DNA from: Candidatus Nanohaloarchaea archaeon
GTDB taxonomy: Archaea > Nanohalarchaeota > Nanosalinia > Nanosalinales > Nanosalinaceae
Direction: 5' to 3'
Length of the DNA stretch: 19,901 bases
Assembly: GCA_047617745.1 (NCBI GenBank)
Contig: JBLGBN010000017.1
Coordinates: 1-19,901 of the forward strand
Made by a program: the position numbers and the translations under genes. A model generated the notes under the pieces. The model had not been told where the DNA came from. It saw only the letters and a list, made by a program, of their open reading frames with translations, and did not search any database. Below are positions 6,554 through 15,529 of this stretch, piece after piece; the first letter of the stretch is position 1; each line of letters begins with the position of its first letter.

Positions 6554-7561
6554 CTACAGATCCTGCCTCATGAACACAGTATAGCTGGCGGTGAAGACCA
6601 GCATTGTCTCACTGAGAAGAAACACGAGGTATCCCAGTCCTACACTCAGGCTCTCCCAGATAGATGGTTTAAGACTGTTATCGCTGTCGTAGTCTGTTCC
6701 CAGCATTGTAGTGACGAAGTCCTGGTAACTGGTTGTCGGCGATACTTTGGAAATCTGGTTCCGGAAGCTCTCCCTTTTCTGCCTGATCTGCTCTCGCTGC
6801 TCCCTTCTGTTATCTGTTGGGCTTTCTCTCACTGTATAAGCCCCTCCTGAAGATACGCTGCGTTCTACAGCTACGCCGCTACTCACCGAGGAAGAAGAGC
6901 TATCAATATCCATTGGATAGATGAAACTGGCGGTAAAACCGGCGATAAACGGTGTTGCAAAAAACAGAAGGAGTACAGCCATTCCGGCGATCAGAGATCT
7001 CCAGCTGGATCTGAAAACCGTGGAGAAAAGCGTTCCTAGCCCGAAGAAGAAGGCCATGTACACCACACTTCCCTGCCACATGAACATCAACCGGTATATC
7101 TGCTCGACTGTCGGCAGTTTACCGGTGAGGTATATTGCCAGTCCTGACGCCGAGGTAAAGGCGATTAAAAGCGCTATAGAGACTGTGAAAAGCCCGGCTA
7201 CAAACTTTCCGTTGATCACCTCATCCCTGTATACCGGGTAGGATAGTAATAGCTCTATAGTACCTTCCTCCCTCTCGCGGGAGACCGAGTCATAGCTCAG
7301 GAGGAGTGCAAGAACACCTGCTGCAAGCGGCAGATTGAGGCTCACCATAGTATCGAACACATCTATAAGAGAAGGTTCCTCAGGTATTTCACCGTAGAAA
7401 TCTCCGCTCTGTATACGATCCATCTGCTGGTTGTAATCCTGTACTCCAAGATAAACTGAACCCAGCGAGAGAGCCAGGAACAAACCAAGAATTAGAAGGA
7501 ATTTCCGGCTTGAGAAAGTGTCTTCAAGCTGTTTCCTGCCTATATCCCACATTGAACCCAT
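6554..7561 (-). CDS. ABC-2 type transporter permease (NosY-like)
   Basis: YDSVSREREEGTIELLLSYPVYRDEVINGKF motif; about six hydrophobic segments; coupled to the ATPase gene. Confidence 0.9.
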   Translation of the reverse strand: MGSMWDIGRKQLEDTFSSRKFLLILGLFLALSLGSVYLGVQDYNQQMDRIQSGDFYGEIPEEPSLIDVFDTMVSLNLPLAAGVLALLLSYDSVSREREEGTIELLLSYPVYRDEVINGKFVAGLFTVSIALLIAFTSASGLAIYLTGKLPTVEQIYRLMFMWQGSVVYMAFFFGLGTLFSTVFRSSWRSLIAGMAVLLLFFATPFIAGFTASFIYPMDIDSSSSSVSSGVAVERSVSSGGAYTVRESPTDNRREQREQIRQKRESFRNQISKVSPTTSYQDFVTTMLGTDYDSDNSLKPSIWESLSVGLGYLVFLLSETMLVFTASYTVFMRQDL

Positions 7562-8460
7562 TACTCTTCCTCACCTGTCAACCGTAGATACGTGGTTTCC
7601 AGCGATTCCTCTTCCAGCTCAATCTTTCGAACTCCAGTATTATTTTCCACCAGTAGATCAAAGATTTCAGATCTGTGCTCCTCCTCGACGGTTACCCTGA
7701 TATCCTTTCCATCCTGGCTGAATTCAAATCCATTTTTTTCGAGAACTTCAGAAGCTTCATCCTGATTCTCAGTCTCAACTATAATATTGATTTCCGAACC
7801 TTCTATACCGCTTAATTCCTCCCTAGTTCCGCTTTCAACCACCTTACCGTCCTTCAGTATCGCGAACCGGTCACATAGAGAATCAATTTCAGTAGTTATG
7901 TGGGAGGATATCAGAAGTGTCTTCCCTCTCTCGCTGTTAACCTTTTTGGCCAGATCCTTGAACTGTTTCTTTCCCTGTGGATCCAGGCCGGTTGTGGGTT
8001 CGTCGTAGATTATTATTTCCGGATCCTTGATCAGTGACTGTGCTATGCCGAGCCTTTTCTTCATCCCTGTTGAGAAATCGCCGACTTTTCTTTTTGCATC
8101 CGATTCAAGGTTGACCAGTTCAAGTAGTTCTTCTATGTCGGGTTCTTCCTCGGTTAGCTCGGCGAAGAACTCAAGATTCTTCCGGGCGGTCATATCCTCG
8201 TAGAAGCTGATATCGGCAGGAAGATAGCTGATCTTTCTCTTTATTTCTTTTCCATGATCGTGTTCCTCGCCGTCTATCTTTATACTTCCGGCATCCGGCC
8301 TTAAAAGTCCGATAACCGTCTGGAAAAGAGTGGTTTTCCCTACGCCGTTTGGTCCGAGAATCCCGAATATCTCGCCTTCTTCCACCGAGAGGCTGAGACC
8401 TTTCAGCACCGGAAAGTCCCCATAACTTTTCTCCACGTCTTCAAGTTCGATAGCCGGCAT
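7561..8460 (-). CDS. ABC transporter ATP-binding protein
   Basis: GPNGVGKTT, FSTGMKKRL, IIYDEPTTGLDP, SSH; ATG at 8460 follows GGAGGTGA. Confidence 0.95.
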   Translation of the reverse strand: MPAIELEDVEKSYGDFPVLKGLSLSVEEGEIFGILGPNGVGKTTLFQTVIGLLRPDAGSIKIDGEEHDHGKEIKRKISYLPADISFYEDMTARKNLEFFAELTEEEPDIEELLELVNLESDAKRKVGDFSTGMKKRLGIAQSLIKDPEIIIYDEPTTGLDPQGKKQFKDLAKKVNSERGKTLLISSHITTEIDSLCDRFAILKDGKVVESGTREELSGIEGSEINIIVETENQDEASEVLEKNGFEFSQDGKDIRVTVEEEHRSEIFDLLVENNTGVRKIELEEESLETTYLRLTGEEE

Positions 8461-8465
8461 TACTC

Positions 8466-9587
8466 TCACCTCCTGCCGAACTTCCTGTATACAAACGCGA
8501 GCAGCCCGAAGCTGACCGCCATCAGTATAGCTCCTACTATTCCCATTTGGCTTCTTTCCTGAACATTGACTCTTATCTCTTCAGGTTCATCCATCGAAGT
8601 CTCATCTGATGAAGCCGATACATCCACAAAGTAGTCGCCAGTCTCCGCGTTTTCAGGTACTTCGATAATCAGGCGGGAACGTTCTCTATCCCTATGCTCT
8701 ATGCTGGAAAACCCTTCCGGCCGGAGTTCATAATCCCAGCTGTCCGGGAGACCGATGTCAAACTGTACATTGTTCAAAGTTGGACCGCCTGAACCCGGTC
8801 TGATAAAACCGGTACCGCCATTTACAACTGTAACAGGGATTTCCACCGTGCTTCCCGGCTCCACCTGCTCAAATCTCTGGTTTATATCTACGCTGATATC
8901 TTTCTCCATCTCTCTACCCCTGACATCTATCTGAAAGCTCTCCGAGAGCCTAGAGTCGTCTTCAGCGGTTAATACCACGTCATAAGTTCCGAGTTCTGCG
9001 TTTTGAGGTACCTCGAGTTCTGCCGTGAGCGAGTTCTCCTCACCTGACGGAACATACACGTTTGTAACATTGAACTCCTGGAAACTGAAGGAAACAGCGA
9101 TTGACGAGTTGGTTCTGTAACCTAAATCATAACTCTGGTTGATCAAACCAGTGTTCTCGATGGTTAGCGGGATTTCAGAGGACTCTCCCTGTGATATAAT
9201 CAGGTTGTCCGGAGTCGAGGATGAGAGATCTCCAGCCGAAAATATGTCTGCTGTTGAGGAAAGCTGAAGCCGGATAAACCGTCCTTCCTGGTCGAACCCG
9301 GTCTCCTGGATTTCCAAAGTAAGGTTTTCCGAGGCTTTCAATTCCTCTCCCTCCGACTCATATATTTCGTTCCCCTGTAACTCTGTGAGGACGTGGAATG
9401 AAGTTTCTGTCCACTTACCTGACCGGAGAGTATTCTCCCCCTGCTGCTCGCTGTATTCTATTTCATAATCGTTAAATTCAAGCGTCTCCCCGAAATGAAT
9501 CTTGGTTGTTTGAGTATAATCAAGTGAAGCGCCTGTAAATACGAAGAAAAGAACAAAGACCGCTATAATAGAACTTTTCAATCTCAT
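8466..9587 (-). CDS. Membrane-anchored surface protein with Ig-like NEW3 (NPCBM-associated) domains, ABC-operon associated
   Basis: Signal peptide from MRLKSS (9587); two repeats ending EVP.NAE.G.Y.V; C-terminal TM helix + RKFGRR; ATTAAAA about 24 nt upstream. Confidence 0.8.
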   Translation of the reverse strand: MRLKSSIIAVFVLFFVFTGASLDYTQTTKIHFGETLEFNDYEIEYSEQQGENTLRSGKWTETSFHVLTELQGNEIYESEGEELKASENLTLEIQETGFDQEGRFIRLQLSSTADIFSAGDLSSSTPDNLIISQGESSEIPLTIENTGLINQSYDLGYRTNSSIAVSFSFQEFNVTNVYVPSGEENSLTAELEVPQNAELGTYDVVLTAEDDSRLSESFQIDVRGREMEKDISVDINQRFEQVEPGSTVEIPVTVVNGGTGFIRPGSGGPTLNNVQFDIGLPDSWDYELRPEGFSSIEHRDRERSRLIIEVPENAETGDYFVDVSASSDETSMDEPEEIRVNVQERSQMGIVGAILMAVSFGLLAFVYRKFGRR

Positions 9588-9696
9588 AATAGATTCTAGA
9601 AGGGCATTACTTTTAATACCTCCAAGCATTGTTCGGCCCGCGTCGAACATCTGCAGAGTCAGTTAGTTTTTCAAGCTTAAGAGTGAATTAACAGGT

Positions 9697-10131
9697 ATGG
9701 ATCAGGACGAATACGACGACTATCTGGTAGACAAGGCCAAAGAGATTCTCAACGAGCAGACATCAGATGTCGAAGAACAGGACCTAGAGGTTGAAACGGA
9801 CGAGGACAGAGATATTATAGATAAGGCCGAAGAAGAGGGCAAAAGCAAGATACCTGCAGTCTTTGATCCGAGAGAGATAGAACACCTGTCCAAGAACAGG
9901 AAAAATATGAGCAACCAGGAGCTGAAAGAGTTTCTGGAGAAAGAGTCAGATCTACAGAAAGAGCTTAACGAGATCGATGAATGGAAAGGTTTCTCTCGCT
10001 GGGAGGAACGGTTTATGATCCAGAACAACCTGAACAAAGAGCCTGAAGAGATAGCGGAAGAGCTCGGCAGAGAGGAGAAAGAAGTAAGGTTGAAGATGCG
10101 AATGTTGGGGCTCGATGTGGAGTTCCAGTGA
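9697..10131 (+). CDS. Acidic protein with two Myb/SANT-like HTH repeats
   Basis: FDPREIEHLSKNRKNMSNQELKEFL vs FSRWEERFMIQNNLNKEPEEIAEELGR; 6 nt upstream of nop5. Confidence 0.7.
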   Translation: MDQDEYDDYLVDKAKEILNEQTSDVEEQDLEVETDEDRDIIDKAEEEGKSKIPAVFDPREIEHLSKNRKNMSNQELKEFLEKESDLQKELNEIDEWKGFSRWEERFMIQNNLNKEPEEIAEELGREEKEVRLKMRMLGLDVEFQ

Positions 10132-10137
10132 TCGAAA

Positions 10138-10893
10138 ATGTCAAACGAAGATAAAAGAAAGAAAGCGCTGGAACAGACCAGAGAGAAGCTGAAAGAGAAC
10201 AAGAACCGTGACAGGTTCATGATGAAAGCAGTCGAGTTTCTTGACGAGAGCAATAAGAACTTCAATGCAGAAATGGAAAGATTCCGGGATCTTTACTCGC
10301 TCCACTTCCCGGAGCTGGAGAAGGAGATAACAAAGGACGAGCACCTGATAAAAATACTATCAGATGGTTTGAACCGTGAAGGGCTTGATTCGTTCTCCGA
10401 GATGGCGGAAAACTCCACAGGGTCACCGCTGGAACCTGCAGATGAGAGAATACTCGAGGAAATACATTCCGGCCTGGAGAAAAAGGTTGATCTGCGGGAG
10501 GACCTAGAAGAGTATGTTGAGGATATAGTTGAAGATGAGATGGAGAACCTGGGCGCTCTACTTGAACCGCTGCTGACTGCAAGACTTGTATCTCTGGCCG
10601 GCGGGCTTGAGGAGCTTGCCAGAAAGCCAAGCTCGACTATCCAGATGCTGGGGGCAGAGAAAGCGCTTTTCCGATATCTGAAGGGGAAAGGAACACCTCC
10701 GAAACACGGCGTGATTTTCCAGCACAGTTTTGTGAATTCTCTGCCGGAGGACAAGAGAGGGAAGATGGCGCGTTTCCTAGCGAACAAGGCTGCGATGGCC
10801 GCACGGCTCGATCAGTACGGCGACAAGTTCAAGGGGGATAAACTGAGAGAGGAATGCCGTGAAAAATTTGAGGAATTAAAGGAGGAGGGATAG
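10138..10893 (+). CDS. nop5: Box C/D RNP protein Nop5 (Nop56/58 homologue), short form
   Basis: ERFRDLYSLHFPEL, PSSTIQMLGAEKALFR, PPKHGVIFQH, RGKMARFLANK; adjacent to fibrillarin. Confidence 0.95.
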   Translation: MSNEDKRKKALEQTREKLKENKNRDRFMMKAVEFLDESNKNFNAEMERFRDLYSLHFPELEKEITKDEHLIKILSDGLNREGLDSFSEMAENSTGSPLEPADERILEEIHSGLEKKVDLREDLEEYVEDIVEDEMENLGALLEPLLTARLVSLAGGLEELARKPSSTIQMLGAEKALFRYLKGKGTPPKHGVIFQHSFVNSLPEDKRGKMARFLANKAAMAARLDQYGDKFKGDKLREECREKFEELKEEG

Positions 10894-10895
10894 AA

Positions 10896-11543
10896 ATGGA
10901 ACAGATACAACCCGGTGTTTACCGGAGAAAAGAGAATATTTACACCGAAGCCGCCTCGAAGGAATCCGTCTACGGCGAAACATTTATCGAAGTAGATAGA
11001 CAGAAATACCGGAGATGGGGCGCCTCGAGATCAAAGGCGGGTGCGGCGATCCAGAAAGGAATCGATCTTGGATTAGAAAGAGACGACGAAATTCTTTACC
11101 TTGGAGCAGCTTCAGGGACCACGGTATCACATTTCTCGGATATAGCTACAGACGGTTTCATCTATGCAGTAGAGTACTCAGAAACAGTTATCAGGGATCT
11201 TCTGGATGTCGCTGAAGACAGGGAAAATATTGCACCGATTCTGGGAAACGCCCGGAAACCAGAGGAATACTCGGATATAGTCGAAAATTGTGACGTTGTT
11301 TTCCAGGACATATCACAGAGCGATCAGCCGGAAATATTCATCAGGAACTGTGAGAAATATCTGAAGGAAGACGGTATCGGGCTTCTAGCGGTAAAGGCGA
11401 AATCGATCTCTACATCGGAAGAACCTGGAAAAATATTCAGTGAAGTGAAGCAGAAGCTGGAAAAAGAGTTCGAAGTTCTAGAAGAAACTACTCTTGAGCC
11501 TTATGAAAAGGATCATCTTTTCCTGAAGTTAAAGAAAAAATGA
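10896..11543 (+). CDS. flpA: Fibrillarin-like rRNA/tRNA 2'-O-methyltransferase
   Basis: SVYGE, RSKAGAAI, ILYLGAASGTTVSHFSDI, YAVE, FQDISQSDQ, LEPYEKDH. Confidence 0.97.
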   Translation: MEQIQPGVYRRKENIYTEAASKESVYGETFIEVDRQKYRRWGASRSKAGAAIQKGIDLGLERDDEILYLGAASGTTVSHFSDIATDGFIYAVEYSETVIRDLLDVAEDRENIAPILGNARKPEEYSDIVENCDVVFQDISQSDQPEIFIRNCEKYLKEDGIGLLAVKAKSISTSEEPGKIFSEVKQKLEKEFEVLEETTLEPYEKDHLFLKLKKK

Positions 11544-11551
11544 GGAGTTGA

Positions 11552-11755
11552 TCAGGCGGACAGAGAAGGAACCATATCTCTAAGAGCCTGTTTGACTGTT
11601 CCTTCCCTGAAGCCTTTGGAATCATAGTACTGAGGATTCTGGCAGCACTCTTCATGCCTGTCCAACAGCTTCGCTGTGCCTATTACAGCGTGTTTTCCAG
11701 GTAAAACGTTTTCCTCAACACTCGCCCCACAGTTTTCACACACGAATTCTATCAT
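11552..11755 (-). CDS. Small putative Zn-binding protein
   Basis: FVCENCG...HEECC; purine-rich SD-like sequence upstream. Confidence 0.7.
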   Translation of the reverse strand: MIEFVCENCGASVEENVLPGKHAVIGTAKLLDRHEECCQNPQYYDSKGFREGTVKQALRDMVPSLSA

Positions 11756-11794
11756 ACCCCTTTCGACCTCGCGAACTTTAGTTGTCTCCGCTCC

Positions 11795-11804
11795 CTTTAT
11801 AAAG
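11795..11804. promoter_or_regulatory. Palindromic TATA-like element CTTTATAAAG between divergent genes
   Basis: Perfect palindrome 40 nt upstream of the ATG at 11755. Confidence 0.45.
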
Positions 11805-11896
11805 AAGTGAGCGGTTTACCGGTATTCCGGTAAAAACAGATTTTCTCCCTCACCAAACTATTATCACTGGAGACTGAAATAATTATTCCTAGTACA

Positions 11897-12067
11897 ATGA
11901 AAGAATGGCAATGCAAGGATTGCGGAAGGCAGCTACAGTCCGAAATAGAGCCGCAGCAGTGCCCCTGCGGCAACGAGAACTTGGAATCCCAGGAGCAGCT
12001 CAGCATGCTGGAACAGATGATGAAAGACTACCTGAACCGGGAGAATAAAGAGAAGGCGGAAAGCTGA
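11897..12067 (+). CDS. 56-aa rubredoxin-like Zn-ribbon protein (MKEWQCKDCGRQLQSEIEPQQCPCGNENLESQEQLSMLEQMMKDYLNRENKEKAES), not in the ORF track
   Basis: WQCKDCG...PQQCPCG motifs; host-like composition. Confidence 0.8.
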   Translation: MKEWQCKDCGRQLQSEIEPQQCPCGNENLESQEQLSMLEQMMKDYLNRENKEKAES

Positions 12068-12108
12068 AAGCCAGATGTGATAAAGATTAACCCGGAGAAT
12101 CTTCTATA

Positions 12109-12684
12109 GTGAGCACAGGAGAAAGCTATCCTCTAGAGTTTGAGCAGTCCTACAGGAAAGAGCTAGAGGTAAGGCAGTCCGGTCTCGAAGAAAACGATAA
12201 AGATCTCCATGATTATATTCTATCAGGACTTGGAAACCTTGAACAGGAAGACTTCAGCTACATCTTCGGCGTAGAGAAACCATCCCGGATAATATCGGAA
12301 GGAGAGAAAATCGCCGGAGATACCATTGTAGAGGACTTCGCTATCACAGGTTCATACCAGGGCGGTGAAATGGCGTTAGGCCAGGTGGTCAGCTGCGACT
12401 CCAAAGAAGTTATTGATTCCGTGCCAAAAGATTACATACAGATTAACGGCTTCGGAAAAGAGATCGAGAGAAATCCGGAAATAGACCCGGAAATCACCGG
12501 TTATTACATTGTCAGGTCAGAGTACGACAGAGAAGAAATACATAAGAGAAACAGGTTGTTTAACAGAGATCTGGATTTCTACGGGCGGAGCGATATTCCT
12601 GTTGAAATTTACCGGGTGGAGCCCGATGGAAGAGATATCGCGGATGCGCTTAGAGAGTTCTACTCCTCTTTAGCCCAGTCGTAA
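12109..12684 (+). CDS. Hypothetical protein
   Basis: 191-aa acidic ORF, GTG start; 25-bp convergent overlap with sufC. Confidence 0.7.
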   Translation: MSTGESYPLEFEQSYRKELEVRQSGLEENDKDLHDYILSGLGNLEQEDFSYIFGVEKPSRIISEGEKIAGDTIVEDFAITGSYQGGEMALGQVVSCDSKEVIDSVPKDYIQINGFGKEIERNPEIDPEITGYYIVRSEYDREEIHKRNRLFNRDLDFYGRSDIPVEIYRVEPDGRDIADALREFYSSLAQS

Positions 12685-13406
12685 CCTTCATCTTCCAGTT
12701 TGTGAGCTAGCTCCGGTCCTCCGGATTCAACTATTTTTCCATCAATCATCACATGGACCCTATCCGGTTCTACATAGTCGAGGATTCGCTGGTAGTGGGT
12801 GATCATCAGCATTCCACGGTCCTCTTCCGCCAGTTTATTGATTCCCTTGGCGACAACTTTCAAAGCGTCGATATCCAGTCCGGAGTCAATCTCGTCAAGC
12901 ATCGCGTATTTCGGCTGTAAAACAGCCATCTGGAGAATCTCATTCCTCTTCTTCTCTCCGCCTGAAAATCCTTCGTTCAGGTATCGGCGGGCATACTCTT
13001 CATCCATATCAAGGAGATCTAGTTTCTCCTTTAGAAGTTCACGGAAATCGCTCTGGGAGATAGGTTCTTCGCCTTCCTCTTCTCTCCTTGCGTTGATCGC
13101 CTCTTTCAGGAATTCAGCTACGGAAATACCTGAAATCTCTGCCGGGTACTGGAACCCTAGGAAAAGCCCTTCCCGTGCTCTTTCATCTGTCTCTTCATCG
13201 GTTACGTCCTCGTCATCGACAAGAATTTTTCCGGAATCAATAGTATACTCCGGGTTGCCCATGAGTGATTTGCAGAGCGTTGATTTTCCGGAACCGTTCG
13301 GACCCATGATTGCGTGGATTTCTCCAGGCTCTACTTCGAGAGAAACTCCTTTCACGATTTTCTCGTCTTCTACTGATACTTCCAGATCTTTTACCTTAAA
13401 GCTCAT
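12660..13406 (-). CDS. sufC: Fe-S cluster assembly ATPase SufC
   Basis: HAIMGPNGSGKSTL, FQYPAEISG, LNEGFSGGEKKRNEILQ, LDEIDSGLDIDAL, ITHYQRIL. Confidence 0.97.
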   Translation of the reverse strand: MSFKVKDLEVSVEDEKIVKGVSLEVEPGEIHAIMGPNGSGKSTLCKSLMGNPEYTIDSGKILVDDEDVTDEETDERAREGLFLGFQYPAEISGISVAEFLKEAINARREEEGEEPISQSDFRELLKEKLDLLDMDEEYARRYLNEGFSGGEKKRNEILQMAVLQPKYAMLDEIDSGLDIDALKVVAKGINKLAEEDRGMLMITHYQRILDYVEPDRVHVMIDGKIVESGGPELAHKLEDEGYDWAKEE

Positions 13407-13433
13407 ACTGTATAAAGGGATAGAAAAACTTAA

Positions 13434-13961
13434 TTAACCTGAATCAGACATCATCTGGATTGCTTTGTTAGCGGCTTCTATGATCTTTGGAGATTCTATA
13501 TCCTTGACGTTCGACCGCATTTCCTCAATTGTCCAGAACCTGGCTTCCTCTGCATCGTCCCCAGCCACTATTTCGCCATCTACATTCTCGAACTTTGTGG
13601 CGTAGGCATTACCGACAACAAACTTGTCCGGGTGTTCAAGATGGATGCTTGAAACCAGTTCCATTTTCTCCCTATCCGCAGTTAGACCGGTTTCCTCTTC
13701 GAGTTCTCTGACCGCGCCTTCCTCCGGTTTTTCGTCGAATTCAAGATATCCTGCAGGATAGCTCCACTTGCCTTTATGTGGTTCGGCCCCTCTTCTAATC
13801 ATCAGTACCTCATCTTCTTTCACAACGAAAACCCCTGCCACCGGTACAGAGTTCCGGAACCTGATCTCATCGCACTCAGGACAGTAGTATCTTTCTCTAT
13901 CCTCATAGAACTTCCCTTCAAGTTCTGAGCCGCATTTATAGCAGTATGAAAGTTCTTTCAT
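13434..13961 (-). CDS. Nudix hydrolase with N-terminal Zn ribbon
   Basis: YCYKCG...CPEC; Nudix box GYLEFDEKPEEGAVRELEEETGL; ATG at 13961 overlaps the sufU stop. Confidence 0.9.
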   Translation of the reverse strand: MKELSYCYKCGSELEGKFYEDRERYYCPECDEIRFRNSVPVAGVFVVKEDEVLMIRRGAEPHKGKWSYPAGYLEFDEKPEEGAVRELEEETGLTADREKMELVSSIHLEHPDKFVVGNAYATKFENVDGEIVAGDDAEEARFWTIEEMRSNVKDIESPKIIEAANKAIQMMSDSG

Positions 13962-14308
13962 TTCTGGATCGCCTCCTGAACAGTTTCCAGACCAAGAAGT
14001 GCGCATTTCATCCTCATAGGTGTGACGTCTATACCGAGTTTGTCCAGCATCCAGTCCCGGCCGAGTTCTTTAACTCTCTCAACCTCCATGCCCTGGATTT
14101 CATCGGCGAGTATTGATATTGCTGCGGTTGAGACTGCGCATCCCTCAGTCTGGTGCTTCACATCTTTGATTTTTCCGTCTTCAATTTCTACAAATATTTC
14201 GGTCGAGTCACCGCAGCTGGAGTTCTCGCCCTCTGCCTTATACTCGGTTTCTATCTCCCCCTCGTTTCTCGGGTTCTTGTAGAGGTCGAGTATCTCGTCT
14301 CTGTACAT
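13958..14308 (-). CDS. sufU: SufU/IscU-family scaffold or sulfur-acceptor protein
   Basis: YKNPRNEG, NSSCGD, GCAVSTA, RMKCALL; coupled to sufS by TAATG. Confidence 0.88.
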   Translation of the reverse strand: MYRDEILDLYKNPRNEGEIETEYKAEGENSSCGDSTEIFVEIEDGKIKDVKHQTEGCAVSTAAISILADEIQGMEVERVKELGRDWMLDKLGIDVTPMRMKCALLGLETVQEAIQK

Positions 14309-15489
14309 TACTTGCGGAACACCTCCCTGACTTCTTTGACTGCCTCGACAAATTTTTCCACGTCTTCCTGAGTGTTGTACAGATATGGGGATGCTCTTGT
14401 GGTACCGGTAACACCAAGTTTCTCCATCTGTGGCTGTGCACAGTGATGCCCAGCTCTCACAGCAACGTTGTTCTGGTTAAGTACCTCTGCAACGTCATGT
14501 GGATGCGCGAACTCGGTAGTGAAAGATACAAGGTTCGCTCCCTCCGGTGAAAGCACGTCCACTCCTTCAATTTCATGTAATCCTTCAATCATTTTCTGCG
14601 CAAGCTGTTTATCATGCTTGCAAATACTTTCCATTCCAATTTCTTCTAGGTAGTCGACTGCAGCTCCCAGGCCGACTGCTCCAGCAATATTCGGCGTTCC
14701 TGCCTCAAACTTTTCCGGCACTTCCTCGTACTCAACTTCTTTATCTGTAACTTTTCTGATCATTCCTCCACCCACCTGGTAAGAATCCATCTGTTCAAGT
14801 AGCTCTTTTCTCCCGTATAGAACTCCGATTCCGGATGGACCAAGCATTTTGTGTCCGGAGAAGCACATGAAGTCTACACCAAGTTCTTTCACATCCACCG
14901 GTCTGTGCGGGACTGATTGCGCACCATCCAGAATTACAAGTGCATCATTTTCATGGGCGATCTCTGTAATTTCCTCCACCGGGTTCTCTGATCCGAAAAC
15001 GTTTGAAACATGTGATATCGCGACTACAGAGGTTTCCTCCGTAATTTTCTCTTTCGCATCTTCCAGGGAGATTTTTCCCTCTTCAGTCTCAATATAGGAC
15101 AGCTCCAGGCCTTCCTCCTCCGCTTTTCTTCTCCACGGCAGTTGCTCGGAGTGGTGAGCCATCTCCGATAGAACAACTTCACCATCTATTTCCAGGGAGT
15201 TAGCCAGCAGGTTCTCGGCCTCAGTAGTATTTCTGACAAAAACAGTCTCGGAAGATCTGGCGCCGATAAAATCTGCTACTTTGCTCCGTGCCTCTCTGTA
15301 GGCTTTATTGGCTTCATTCGCTAGGTCGTGCAGACCTCTGCCAACGTTGGCATTTTCCTCTTCGTAGAATCTTTCAATTCTATCGATTACCTGTCGTGGT
15401 TTCTGGGAAGTCGCTGCGTTATCCAGATAAACCAGGCCTTCTCTTTCCTGAAAAACCGGGAAATCCTCCTTGATTTTTTCGGGGTTCAT
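14308..15489 (-). CDS. sufS: Cysteine desulfurase SufS (group II); alternative start at 15504
   Basis: YLDNAATSQKP, DGAQSVPH, SGHKMLGP (PLP Lys), FEAGTP, RAGHHCAQP. Confidence 0.95.
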   Translation of the reverse strand: MNPEKIKEDFPVFQEREGLVYLDNAATSQKPRQVIDRIERFYEEENANVGRGLHDLANEANKAYREARSKVADFIGARSSETVFVRNTTEAENLLANSLEIDGEVVLSEMAHHSEQLPWRRKAEEEGLELSYIETEEGKISLEDAKEKITEETSVVAISHVSNVFGSENPVEEITEIAHENDALVILDGAQSVPHRPVDVKELGVDFMCFSGHKMLGPSGIGVLYGRKELLEQMDSYQVGGGMIRKVTDKEVEYEEVPEKFEAGTPNIAGAVGLGAAVDYLEEIGMESICKHDKQLAQKMIEGLHEIEGVDVLSPEGANLVSFTTEFAHPHDVAEVLNQNNVAVRAGHHCAQPQMEKLGVTGTTRASPYLYNTQEDVEKFVEAVKEVREVFRK

Positions 15490-15529
15490 ACTTTGTTTTT
15501 CCATCTGAATCTTTTTACTTCTAAACAAC

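Noticed and set aside
9720..10787. Minus-strand ORFs 9720-10265, 10262-10630 and 10293-10787
   Set aside because: Shadows of the Myb-like gene and nop5
11797..12006. 69-aa Cys-rich minus-strand ORF
   Set aside because: Shadow of the better-supported plus-strand Zn-ribbon gene at 11897-12067
9588..12108. Box C/D guide RNAs near nop5/fibrillarin
   Set aside because: No convincing RUGAUGA + CUGA pair at suitable spacing found by eye in the intergenic gaps
8461..15528. Longer starts in the ORF track (8469, 9650, 14006, 15528)
   Set aside because: Downstream ATGs fit the SD/TATA spacing, gene overlaps and family N-termini better
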